Assembly: GCA_965203355.1 (NCBI GenBank)
Contig: OZ241889.1
Coordinates: 288,001 to 352,000, forward strand
Source of the DNA: Candidatus Latescibacterota bacterium
Lineage (GTDB): Bacteria > Latescibacterota > UBA2968 > UBA8231
DNA length: 64,000 nucleotides
Direction of reading: 5' to 3'
Position numbers and translations under genes: made by a program. The notes below the pieces were generated by a model, which saw only the letters and a program-made list of their open reading frames with translations, searched no databases and had not been told where the DNA came from. Positions 21,995-30,848 of this stretch are shown here, piece after piece. Within the stretch, counting starts at the first letter, position 1; every line of letters begins with the position of its first letter.

Positions 21995-23278
21995 TCAGGG
22001 CCGCTCGGCAAGCGGCTGATAGGTCCGCTGCACTGAGCCGGTGTAAATCTGGCGTGGGCGGCTGATTTTGGTGGCCTTGCTCTCCTCGTACCAATGCGCG
22101 ATCCAGCCCGGCATGCGGCCGATGGCGAAGATCACGGTGAACATCTCCTTGGGAATGCCAAGGGCGCGGAGAATGACGCCGCTGTAGAAATCCACGTTGG
22201 GATAGAGCTTGCGCTGGATAAAGTACTCGTCCCCCAGCGCCGCGGTTTCCAGTTCTTTGGCTAGGTCCAGCAGCGGATCGTCAATGTGGAGCTTGGCCAA
22301 TACTTTCTCGCAGCTTCTTCTGATGATCTTGGCGCGCGGGTCAAAATTCTTGTACACCCGATGCCCAAACCCCATCAAGCGAATCCCGGCCTTCTTGTCT
22401 TTGACCTGCGCCACGTAATCGCCGACCGAGATGTTTTCGTCGCGGATTTTTTCCAGCATATCGACCACCGCCACATTGGCCCCACCGTGCAGCGGCCCCC
22501 ACAAGGCAGAGACGCCCGCCGCCATCGAAGCGAAGAGATTGGCTTCGCTACTGCCGACCATCCGCACCGTAGAGGTGCTGCAATTCTGCTCGTGGTCGGC
22601 GTGGAGGAGGAAAATCAAATCCAGCGCATCGACCAGCACCGGGTCGGCCTCAAACTCGTTGTGCGGCTGGCTGAACATCATGTGCAGAAAATTCTCGGCG
22701 TACCGTTTCTTGGGATGCGGGTACTCGATGTGGTGGCCCTGCTGCTGGCGATAGGAATAGGCGGCAATGGTGCGGACCTTGGACATGATGCGCGCGGCCG
22801 CTTCGATGAAGGTCTCTTCGTCCTGAATTTCCAACAGTTCGGGATAGTAGCAACTCAAGGCGTTGAGCACCGAGGACAACACGGCCATCGGCGGCGAGTT
22901 GGGCGGGAAGAGGCTGAAGTGTTGCTTGAGCTCCTCGCGCAACATCTGGTGCTTGGTCAACAGCGCACTAAATTCGTCTAGCTGGGCGGCGTTAGGCAAC
23001 TCGCCCCAGATCAGCAAATAGGCTACCTCAATGAAGCGGCTGTACTCGGCCAAATCCTCGATCGCGTAACCTCGGTAGCGCAGGATGCCCGCATCGCCAT
23101 CGATAAAGGTGATATCGCTCTGACAAGATCCCGTATTGCCGTAGCCAGGGTCTAGGGCGATATACCCGGTCTCGGCACGCAATCTGGCAATGTCGACCGC
23201 CTTTTCGCCCTCGCTGCCGACGACAACGGGTAACTCGACGCGCTGGTCCCCAACCTGCAAGCGGGCAGTTTCCGCCAT
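21995..23278 (-). CDS. gltA: Citrate synthase
   Basis: LHADHEQNCST, GPLHGGAN, GFGHRVYKNFDPRA, YPNVDFYSG. Confidence 0.97.
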   Translation of the reverse strand: MAETARLQVGDQRVELPVVVGSEGEKAVDIARLRAETGYIALDPGYGNTGSCQSDITFIDGDAGILRYRGYAIEDLAEYSRFIEVAYLLIWGELPNAAQLDEFSALLTKHQMLREELKQHFSLFPPNSPPMAVLSSVLNALSCYYPELLEIQDEETFIEAAARIMSKVRTIAAYSYRQQQGHHIEYPHPKKRYAENFLHMMFSQPHNEFEADPVLVDALDLIFLLHADHEQNCSTSTVRMVGSSEANLFASMAAGVSALWGPLHGGANVAVVDMLEKIRDENISVGDYVAQVKDKKAGIRLMGFGHRVYKNFDPRAKIIRRSCEKVLAKLHIDDPLLDLAKELETAALGDEYFIQRKLYPNVDFYSGVILRALGIPKEMFTVIFAIGRMPGWIAHWYEESKATKISRPRQIYTGSVQRTYQPLAERP

Positions 23279-23350
23279 GTTTCGCTCTCCTATAACTCGG
23301 TCGCCGAGGGCACTGAATCGCGCCCAAGCGAAGTGTGCTGTTTTTATCAG

Positions 23351-23379
23351 ATAGTAGGCCCTAAAATTTGCACTGTCAA
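23351..23379 (-). promoter_or_regulatory. sigma70-type promoter for gltA-hpf-pnt
   Basis: TTGACA-17 bp-TACTAT on the minus strand. Confidence 0.7.
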
Positions 23380-23442
23380 TTGTCGCCGATACGCGCTGGT
23401 AGGTACTCGATACCCGTGAATTGAACGGCGACGACTAGCTGG

Positions 23443-25122
23443 CTACTGGCGCGGAATCACCGGCAAAAGTACGTGAGACGGATGCGCTCTAGCGTGTTGC
23501 ACCGTCTGTTGGGCGCGGCGCATCTCCGCGTCCGTACCGAGGTCGTTGCCGGTGTTGTGGTTTCTGTCGAAGCGCGGAAAATTGGACGAGGATACTTCGA
23601 CTCTGATCCTGTGCCCCTTCTTAAAGACATTGCCGGTGACGGCGAGATCGATCTCGTACTGGTACACTTGCCCCGGCTGGAGCAACTTGGGGGAAGTAAA
23701 TCCTTCGCGATAGCGTGCCCGGACGATGCCGTCGCAGAGATTCTTGGCGTACCCGCTGGTCGACACATCTACCAGCTTGGCGGTCCAGTCGGTATCTAGC
23801 CCGTCTGTAGCCGCATATAGAACGACCTTGATCGGCCCGGTCACCTCGAGATCGGCTACCAAAGGCTCGCTGGTGTAACAGAGCACGTCGGACCGCATCT
23901 CCACGTCGCGCTGGTCGTACGGCCCCCAAGGCACAATATGGGGCGAGCAACAGTTGTTGCCGCCCACAGTCTGCACGGGAAAATCGGGATCGTACGAGAA
24001 GTGATCGGCCGGCTCGTCGCCCGGCTCAACCGGCGACAAGCTACCATCGCCCAACAGCGTGTTGGCATGGCCCGATGAGTGTAGATACCACTTTTGCCAG
24101 TCGGTTCTAGCCAGCGGCCATTCGCGCTCGTCTCTCCATTCATTGATCCCCATGATGAAGAGCCGCAGTGGGGCCTCGCCGACGATGCCGTTGTCCATGC
24201 CCTTCAGCCAATAATCAAACCAGCGCGCCTCCAACGCCTCCAAGTCGTACAGCGAGTTCGCTCCAAAGTCGATGTCGCCCGTCTTAGTAGAAGCGCTGAG
24301 CGCGTGCGGCCAAGGACCGACGATGAGTTGACTTTGCCTAGCTTCGGGCGTCCGCCCGTGCAGCCTTAGACCGTTGAAGTTGATGAAGGTGTTGTGAGCG
24401 TAGAGGTCGTACCAGCCTCCCATCACTAGCGCGGGGGCTGCGATTTCGCCCCACTTGTTTTCGACGTTGACCGCGTCCCAATAGGAATCGTACTCGGTGT
24501 GCGTCACCCAATCCTGCCAAAACTGTAGCGTGCGGCCCGCCTGTCGGTCCATGTCGAGGAGCGGGACCAAGCGGAAAGCCTCGGTCCAGTCGTGGTATTC
24601 AATGCTCTGAGCGGTGCGGCCATTAGTCCGCATTCCCCACGTGAGGGCGACGTTGAGTTGGAACGCCCCGCCGGGGTGGATGAGACCCGAATATAGATCA
24701 CCGCACATGACCCTTGGCGCCATGCACGTCAGGTACTGGCTGCGGTGTGGCGCACTCTGCCACTGCACCCAGCCGAGGTAGGAGCCACCTGCCATGCCGA
24801 TCTTGCCGTCGCTCCACTCCTGCTGGCCAATCCATTCCTGCGTATCAAAACCGTCCGGGCCGTGGCCGAACAGCGCGTAGTGAACGCCGTCGGAGTCCCA
24901 GCGCCCCCGCACGTCTTGGATGACGCAGGCATAGCCGTTGTTGGCCAGCCGCATGGCCTTCTCGATCATCGGCGGCGCGTTGTTGTCGTACGGTGTGCGC
25001 ATCAACACGGTCGGGAACTTGCCCGATGCCTTCGGCAGATAGATGTCGGCAGAAAGATCGACGCCGTCCCGCATAGGCGTTCGGACGTTCAACCTCATAT
25101 CGACTGCGTAGTTTGGCTGCAT
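23443..25122 (-). CDS. CocE/NonD family serine hydrolase (peptidase S15-like)
   Basis: MRDGVDLSADIY, RTPY, QDVRGR, GGSYLG nucleophile, GGWYD, GPWPH, SSNFPRFDRN. Confidence 0.93.
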   Translation of the reverse strand: MQPNYAVDMRLNVRTPMRDGVDLSADIYLPKASGKFPTVLMRTPYDNNAPPMIEKAMRLANNGYACVIQDVRGRWDSDGVHYALFGHGPDGFDTQEWIGQQEWSDGKIGMAGGSYLGWVQWQSAPHRSQYLTCMAPRVMCGDLYSGLIHPGGAFQLNVALTWGMRTNGRTAQSIEYHDWTEAFRLVPLLDMDRQAGRTLQFWQDWVTHTEYDSYWDAVNVENKWGEIAAPALVMGGWYDLYAHNTFINFNGLRLHGRTPEARQSQLIVGPWPHALSASTKTGDIDFGANSLYDLEALEARWFDYWLKGMDNGIVGEAPLRLFIMGINEWRDEREWPLARTDWQKWYLHSSGHANTLLGDGSLSPVEPGDEPADHFSYDPDFPVQTVGGNNCCSPHIVPWGPYDQRDVEMRSDVLCYTSEPLVADLEVTGPIKVVLYAATDGLDTDWTAKLVDVSTSGYAKNLCDGIVRARYREGFTSPKLLQPGQVYQYEIDLAVTGNVFKKGHRIRVEVSSSNFPRFDRNHNTGNDLGTDAEMRRAQQTVQHARAHPSHVLLPVIPRQ

Positions 25123-25137
25123 AGTTGGTAGCCGCTC

Positions 25138-25431
25138 CTATTGATTGCGAATCGCCTCGATTTTGGCGTCGCGCTCGGCAAAGAGTTCGTTGCGGACCTG
25201 GCTCATTTGCTCCTGCACTTGGCGACGCGCCTCGACGAGGGCCTGCGGGTCCGCCCCCGCGGCCTGCGCTAGCTGCCCCTTGAGCGCGATCTCTTGCTCG
25301 GCCCACTTGGCCTCGTACTGCTTGCGCACCTCGTCAATGGCCTCTTTCTGCTCATCCGTCAGCTTAATCCCGGCGGCGCTCCCGACCGCGGCGTCGGCCT
25401 TTTCCATGGCCAGTTCAAGTGCCGATTTCAT
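25138..25431 (-). CDS. Small helical hypothetical protein
   Basis: MKSALELAMEK N-terminus; RBS AGGAGG. Confidence 0.75.
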   Translation of the reverse strand: MKSALELAMEKADAAVGSAAGIKLTDEQKEAIDEVRKQYEAKWAEQEIALKGQLAQAAGADPQALVEARRQVQEQMSQVRNELFAERDAKIEAIRNQ

Positions 25432-25608
25432 GGCAAACCTCCTGTTGTCAGTTGGGAATCAAAGGCAACGACGTTGATTAGCCTTAATTTTTGATTCTTC
25501 ATTACCTTAACATCTTAACATCGCAAAAAAGATAGCGGCTGGCCGCAATCGCGACAAACGGCGGCGTCCGCCCTCTACTATCCCACTCACCACGCCAAAA
25601 GGAACCCC

Positions 25609-26052
25609 ATGTCCAAACAGTGGAAGGTCTATCTATCCGGCGAGATCCACAGCGACTGGCGCGAGCGCATCGTCCAAACGGCGCGCGACTTGCCGATCGA
25701 GTTCACCGCTCCGGTCGCGGATCACGCGGCCAGCGACAACTGCGGCATCGACATTCTCGGGCCGGAGGAAAGTAGCTTTTGGCAGGATCGCAAAGGCGCA
25801 CAGCTCAACGCCATCCGCACCCGCACCCTAATCCGCGACGCCGACGTAGTGGTGGTGCGCTTCGGCGACCAATATCGCCAGTGGAACGCGGCTTTTGACG
25901 CGGGGTTTGCCGCCGCCTGCAACAAACCGCTAATCGTCCTCCACCCACCCGAGTTGCAACACGCGCTCAAGGAGGTGGACGCGGCCGCGCTCGCCGTAGC
26001 CAGCGAGCCCGCACAGGTCGCGGCCATCCTGCGCTATGTCATCGAAAAGTAG
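25609..26052 (+). CDS. ytoQ: YtoQ family protein (nucleoside deoxyribosyltransferase-like)
   Basis: VYLSGEIHSDWR, VVRFGDQYRQWNAAFDAG, HALKEVD. Confidence 0.9.
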   Translation: MSKQWKVYLSGEIHSDWRERIVQTARDLPIEFTAPVADHAASDNCGIDILGPEESSFWQDRKGAQLNAIRTRTLIRDADVVVVRFGDQYRQWNAAFDAGFAAACNKPLIVLHPPELQHALKEVDAAALAVASEPAQVAAILRYVIEK

Positions 26053-28590
26053 TCAGCGCAGCAGGAGCATCTTGTGCTGTGCGCGGTAGGAATCGGCTTT
26101 GAGCACGTAGAAGTAGAGACCGCTCCGGTGGCCGAGCGCGTCCCATTCCACCTCGTGTCGTCCCGGCGGCATCCGCCTCGCCACCAGCCGCTCGATCTCC
26201 TGCCCCAGCACATTGTACACCGTTAGTTGCACCAAGCTAGCAGTGGGCAAATCGAAGCGGATTTTGGTCGTCGAATTGAACGGGTTGGGCGCGTTGGGGT
26301 GCAAAGTGTAGCGGGCGGGACGCGGCCGCGCGGCGACGCGCTGGTCAGTGCCCAATTCCAGCGTCCCCTCGCCCGCTAGCTCCAGCGCGATCATCTCACC
26401 GTCAACAACTATATCCAGCCACGCGCCGCCGAGGAAGCGCGCCGCGGTCCACTCGTTCCCGGCGTGGGGCATCCTCAACTGATAGCCCGCGTCGGGGCCG
26501 CGCACGAAGCCCATAGCGTCGCCTCGCTCCATGCTCACGTCTATCACTTCACTGGCGCGGAACACCGGCTCTCCGTCGGCCAAAAGATAGGTCGCGTCTT
26601 GCGCCACAAAGCGGGTGAGTTGTCCGGCGACATAGCGGACATAGCCAAAGCGGGCGTCGCTGACCAAGTGCGCCGCCGGCCCGGACACAGCCGCCTCAGC
26701 CGCCTTGCCATTGCGCAGCCAAGCCAAATCCCGCACGCCAGCCAACGATACTAAAATCGCCTCGGCTCCTTGTGCGAATACAGTCTCAAACGCTGGCTCG
26801 TCGCCGCCCATCGCCCGCGGGTACAACGCCGCTAGGTATCTCCCGTTGACGCCCTCTTGCTGTACTCGCAACACCGCGTGGGTCTGCTCTTGGCGATAGT
26901 CAAAGGAGTGGAGCGCCTCGCTCTCGAGCGCGACCCGCCCGGGCTGATCGGGCAAAAACGCCAGCAACTCGGCCTTCGCCCGCGTCCACCGCGCCAAATT
27001 GCCGGTGCGCGCATACGTGCCCCCACTGGTGCCGCCCCCGTTGCCGTGCAGCCGCCACTCGTAGGCGTGGCGACGGCCCGGATCGTCGATTTCGTCGGCT
27101 ACGAAGAAATAGCTATGGTCGGCAAAAAAGACCCGCCGCCTCAGCTCGACACCCCGGTAGGCCGTGCGAACTTCCGCGTAGTCGCCAGCGGTACTCGCGA
27201 AGAATCCCTCGATAAAAGCATCATTGCGGTCGCCGATGGTCCCTATTACAGGCAAGATCCGGCGCGACGGCCCTTTGCCATTGACCAGCACCACGTTGTG
27301 ATTGCGGCCTTTGTTGACCTTGTCGCGGTTGTCAAAATTGATGTAACCTGCATCTAGGGCCAGCATTTCGCCGCCAGCGTAAAGCACAAAGCTGGTCCCG
27401 TCCGGGTGTTCGTGCGCCAACCCGTGCGCGCGAGCCGGGCCGTTTTCGCCGCGCAAGAGCATGTAGGTAGCCGCGGCCGACCAGTTGCTGCGGAAGACGG
27501 CGTCTCCAGCACCCGGCATAAAAACCGACGGGCCGTGCGTTGGCTCTTGCGCGGGCACGCTGTCGTCGTATAGGGCAATGGCATCCATCTCGGAAAACTG
27601 GCGCACGTACAGGCCGCGCTCGTTGTGCTCCCAGTCCCAGCGATGGACTCCGCCGTTGGCTTGCACGGCCGCTAGGTAATGCCCGTAGAAATCGTCTAAG
27701 TGGCCGTCGTCGATGTTGGGCCGCCGGCCATTGGGCAGCCGCAGATTCAGGGACCACTCGTGCATTTTCTCGATCTTGGGATCGGCAAACAGGTCCAAGC
27801 CGGTGCGGTTCTTGAGCGCGAACAAGTAGGGTAAATAGACATCTGCAGCATAGCGGCTATAGAACGGCCCCTCCGCGTACCCCCCGTCCCTTGCTTCGAT
27901 CTGGAAGTCGAGGCTGCTGGTTACCATTTCCAAGGCGCGATCCGCCCATTCCTGCGGCGTGCCTTCGCCGCTGGTGTATTCGCTCAAGGCCATGGCCGCC
28001 AGCCCAAGCCCACCGTACGCGCGGATGTGCCAATTGCCGAGATTCGGAGTCTCGTGCAAGCGAATTTTGACCGGGAATAGCCCAAACCCTACCTCGCCAA
28101 TCACAATGCCCTTCCACAGCCGGTCGGCTTCCTCGCCGAGGATCGACCGCATCGCCTGTAGGGCCTGGGGGTCGTTGGCCGCAGCATAGGGGTGCAGGAT
28201 GTCGTACGCCACGGCGTACTGGGCCACGACCTCGCCCTCGTTGTGCGGCTCGCCCAAGTCGCCTCCTCGCGGCGGGAACGCCACCCCCTGCATCACCGCC
28301 AACGCACGCTCGGCAAACGCGGCATCGTCGGTCATCTGCCAAGCGAAGGCCAAGGATTTGGCGTAGCGGACCTCGGCGCGCTCGTCGACAAAGGTCGCCG
28401 GGGGGTTCCGCGCCCGCTGCAATACAACCTGCCACCACGTGGCATACGGTTCGCGCTGGATGCGCTCTTTGAGTAGGGGAATATCTGCGGCGGAAAAAAG
28501 CAGGCCCGGATGCACTTCAGCAGACAGCGTCTGCGCGGCAGCACCCACAGGCGCGAGGGCCAAGGCGGCGCAAAAGGCCAACGCGATCAT
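26053..28590 (-). CDS. Secreted heparinase II/III-like polysaccharide lyase with FlgD-Ig/T9SS-like C-terminal domain
   Basis: Signal peptide AAA/Q, HPGLLF, NWH, DGGYAEGPFY, HEHPDGTSF..DAGY..HNVVLVNG, PNPFNSTT C-terminal domain. Confidence 0.85.
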   Translation of the reverse strand: MIALAFCAALALAPVGAAAQTLSAEVHPGLLFSAADIPLLKERIQREPYATWWQVVLQRARNPPATFVDERAEVRYAKSLAFAWQMTDDAAFAERALAVMQGVAFPPRGGDLGEPHNEGEVVAQYAVAYDILHPYAAANDPQALQAMRSILGEEADRLWKGIVIGEVGFGLFPVKIRLHETPNLGNWHIRAYGGLGLAAMALSEYTSGEGTPQEWADRALEMVTSSLDFQIEARDGGYAEGPFYSRYAADVYLPYLFALKNRTGLDLFADPKIEKMHEWSLNLRLPNGRRPNIDDGHLDDFYGHYLAAVQANGGVHRWDWEHNERGLYVRQFSEMDAIALYDDSVPAQEPTHGPSVFMPGAGDAVFRSNWSAAATYMLLRGENGPARAHGLAHEHPDGTSFVLYAGGEMLALDAGYINFDNRDKVNKGRNHNVVLVNGKGPSRRILPVIGTIGDRNDAFIEGFFASTAGDYAEVRTAYRGVELRRRVFFADHSYFFVADEIDDPGRRHAYEWRLHGNGGGTSGGTYARTGNLARWTRAKAELLAFLPDQPGRVALESEALHSFDYRQEQTHAVLRVQQEGVNGRYLAALYPRAMGGDEPAFETVFAQGAEAILVSLAGVRDLAWLRNGKAAEAAVSGPAAHLVSDARFGYVRYVAGQLTRFVAQDATYLLADGEPVFRASEVIDVSMERGDAMGFVRGPDAGYQLRMPHAGNEWTAARFLGGAWLDIVVDGEMIALELAGEGTLELGTDQRVAARPRPARYTLHPNAPNPFNSTTKIRFDLPTASLVQLTVYNVLGQEIERLVARRMPPGRHEVEWDALGHRSGLYFYVLKADSYRAQHKMLLLR

Positions 28591-28598
28591 GCGGCCCG

Positions 28599-29216
28599 CT
28601 AAAAGACGCGGCGCAAGTCAAAGCCCCACACCAGCCCCAAGGTGACGTACCCCTTGCCGACTAGAATCTTGAAACTGCTGACGGTTCGGCCTGGCGCGTC
28701 GAAAAACAGCCCCAAAGTGCCATACACCGTCGCTGGGCCTAGATGGCGGTAGCCCAACCCGGCAAACAGTTTGCCCGGTCGGCCGGTGATCCACACCTCC
28801 TCGAGGACAATATAGGCCAGATCCGCACTGAGCGAGCGCAGCCAATCCGTGCCGCCCGAGCAGCGGTAGTCCGCCACGCGGTATCCAGTCCGCGTCTCAA
28901 GGCAGTAACTGCGAGTGGGATAGGGCCGGAAGTAACGCGGGTCGCGATCGTCGCCTTCGTGAAAGCTCACATCGAGCACATTGGCCGAGCCGATCAAGCG
29001 CAAGCGGTTGAAGACCGCCCTAAACCCCAAGGGGACGCGCACCCCGGCGCCGCGATGATCTAAGTTGATAAAACCCAAGCCGACCGCAGCATAGTAGCCA
29101 TCGCGCTGCCGCTTGGGCACCTCTTCGAGCACGGCGTCTTGGATGCGCACGGCCTCGGCCCCGCTCGCCAACAGCAAGCCCATCCAGATGAGGTGTATAT
29201 ATGCGCGCTGTATCAC
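28599..29216 (-). CDS. Hypothetical exported protein, probably an outer-membrane beta-barrel
   Basis: Likely GTG start at 29216; signal peptide AEA/V; amphipathic strands; C-terminal Phe. Confidence 0.6.
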   Translation of the reverse strand: MIQRAYIHLIWMGLLLASGAEAVRIQDAVLEEVPKRQRDGYYAAVGLGFINLDHRGAGVRVPLGFRAVFNRLRLIGSANVLDVSFHEGDDRDPRYFRPYPTRSYCLETRTGYRVADYRCSGGTDWLRSLSADLAYIVLEEVWITGRPGKLFAGLGYRHLGPATVYGTLGLFFDAPGRTVSSFKILVGKGYVTLGLVWGFDLRRVF

Positions 29217-29448
29217 CCGTTCACTCTCTAGTTTATAACGACAGATGCTGTTCTTTAACAGTATATGAATGAGACGATTGATGTCCAACGTCACGGCATC
29301 AGGGCGAGAGCATAGGATTAAAGAAATTCCCCAATCTCAGCTTGCTCAATGCCGCCACAAATTGCCCCGGGCCCATGATCTATTCTCCATTCAAAAGCGC
29401 CGTCTCCCCTACCTTGCCCTCTCTTCTCCGCCCCGTATTTTACCCTAC

Positions 29449-30285
29449 ATGATCCGCAGAGTACAATCCACGGCCATCGCCCTGCTCTTGGCGACCCATG
29501 CCAGTTGTCTAGCCCCATCGAACGACAGCCCTGAATCTACCGCTCTCCAGCCGCAACAGCCCCCTGAAATACCCACGTATTCTTACCGAATCGTCCACTC
29601 CTTCCCCCACGACCCCACAGCCTTCACCCAAGGGCTGCTCTACGACGACGGCTTTCTCTACGAAAGCACCGGCCAGTATGGCCAGTCGTCCCTGCGCAAG
29701 GTCGAGCTCGAAACAGGAGCCGTTGTGCAGTTCCACCCGCTAGACGCCCGCTTCTTCGCCGAGGGACTCGCCCTGTTCGGCAATCGCCTGCTCCAGCTAA
29801 CTTGGCGGGCCAACAAGGGCTTTGCCTATCGCCTCGATTCTTTTGAGCAGCTAGCCGAGTTCGCCTATCCCACCGAGGGCTGGGGGCTGACGTGCGACGG
29901 CGAGCTACTCATTATGAGCGACGGCAGTTCGACGCTGTACTTCCACGACCCATTTACCTTTGCCGAAGTGAGCCGGGTCGCCGTGGTGGCCCAAGGCAGC
30001 CCGGTATTGCATCTCAATGAACTCGAATGGATCGGCGGCGAAATTTTTGCCAATATCTGGCAGACTGACACCATCGCCCGCATTGACCCGGCGAGCGGCC
30101 AAGTCGTGGGGTGGATCGACCTGACCGGGCTGTTGAGCGACGCAGACCGCCGCGGCTCTAACGCCGAAGTGCTCAATGGCATTGCCTACGACCCCGAGGG
30201 CGAGCGGCTCTTCGTCACCGGCAAGTGGTGGCCCAAGCTCTACCAAATCGAACTCGTATTCCCTTCACCGAAAGGTACCCCATGA
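29449..30285 (+). CDS. Glutaminyl-peptide cyclotransferase (bacterial/plant-type), probable lipoprotein
   Basis: HDPTAFTQGL, ESTGQYG, FAEGL, EGWGL, LNELE, VLNGIAYD, TGKWWP; lipobox-like HASC. Confidence 0.92.
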   Translation: MIRRVQSTAIALLLATHASCLAPSNDSPESTALQPQQPPEIPTYSYRIVHSFPHDPTAFTQGLLYDDGFLYESTGQYGQSSLRKVELETGAVVQFHPLDARFFAEGLALFGNRLLQLTWRANKGFAYRLDSFEQLAEFAYPTEGWGLTCDGELLIMSDGSSTLYFHDPFTFAEVSRVAVVAQGSPVLHLNELEWIGGEIFANIWQTDTIARIDPASGQVVGWIDLTGLLSDADRRGSNAEVLNGIAYDPEGERLFVTGKWWPKLYQIELVFPSPKGTP

Positions 30286-30797
30286 CCCAAGACCGCGTCC
30301 CCGTGTGCATCGCCGTGCTCACGGTATCCGACACCCGAGACGAATCAACCGACAAGTCCGGCAAGCTGCTAGTCGAGCGTCTCGAAGCGGCCGGCCACAT
30401 CCTGTACGAAAAGCAAATCCTGCCCGATGACATCTATCCGCTCCGCGCCCAAGTCTCGCAGTGGATCGCCGAGCCTCGCGTCCAAGCCATCATCACCACC
30501 GGCGGCACCGGCCTCACCGGCCGCGACGGCACACCCGAGGCCGTCCGCGTCCTCTTCGACAAGGAAATCGAGGGCTTTGGCGAGGTCTTTCGCGTGCTCT
30601 CCTATGAAGAAATCGGCACGGCGACCGTGCAATCGCGCTGCATAGCCGGCGTCGCCAACAGCACCTACATCTTCTGCTTGCCTGGCTCCTCCGGGGCTTG
30701 CGCCACCGGCTGGGACAAGCTCATCGGGCCGCAGCTAGATTCCACCAACCAGCCCTGCAACCTCGTCGATCTGATGCCGAGATTGTCCGAAACTTGA
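30282..30797 (+). CDS. moaB: Molybdenum cofactor biosynthesis protein B
   Basis: VLTVSDTR, TTGGTGLTGRDGTPEA, CLPGSSGAC. Confidence 0.93.
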   Translation: MTQDRVPVCIAVLTVSDTRDESTDKSGKLLVERLEAAGHILYEKQILPDDIYPLRAQVSQWIAEPRVQAIITTGGTGLTGRDGTPEAVRVLFDKEIEGFGEVFRVLSYEEIGTATVQSRCIAGVANSTYIFCLPGSSGACATGWDKLIGPQLDSTNQPCNLVDLMPRLSET

Positions 30798-30848
30798 CGA
30801 TTGGTGTTGGCGCACCGACTGCGTTCAGTGTGTCAGTATGACAGATGT

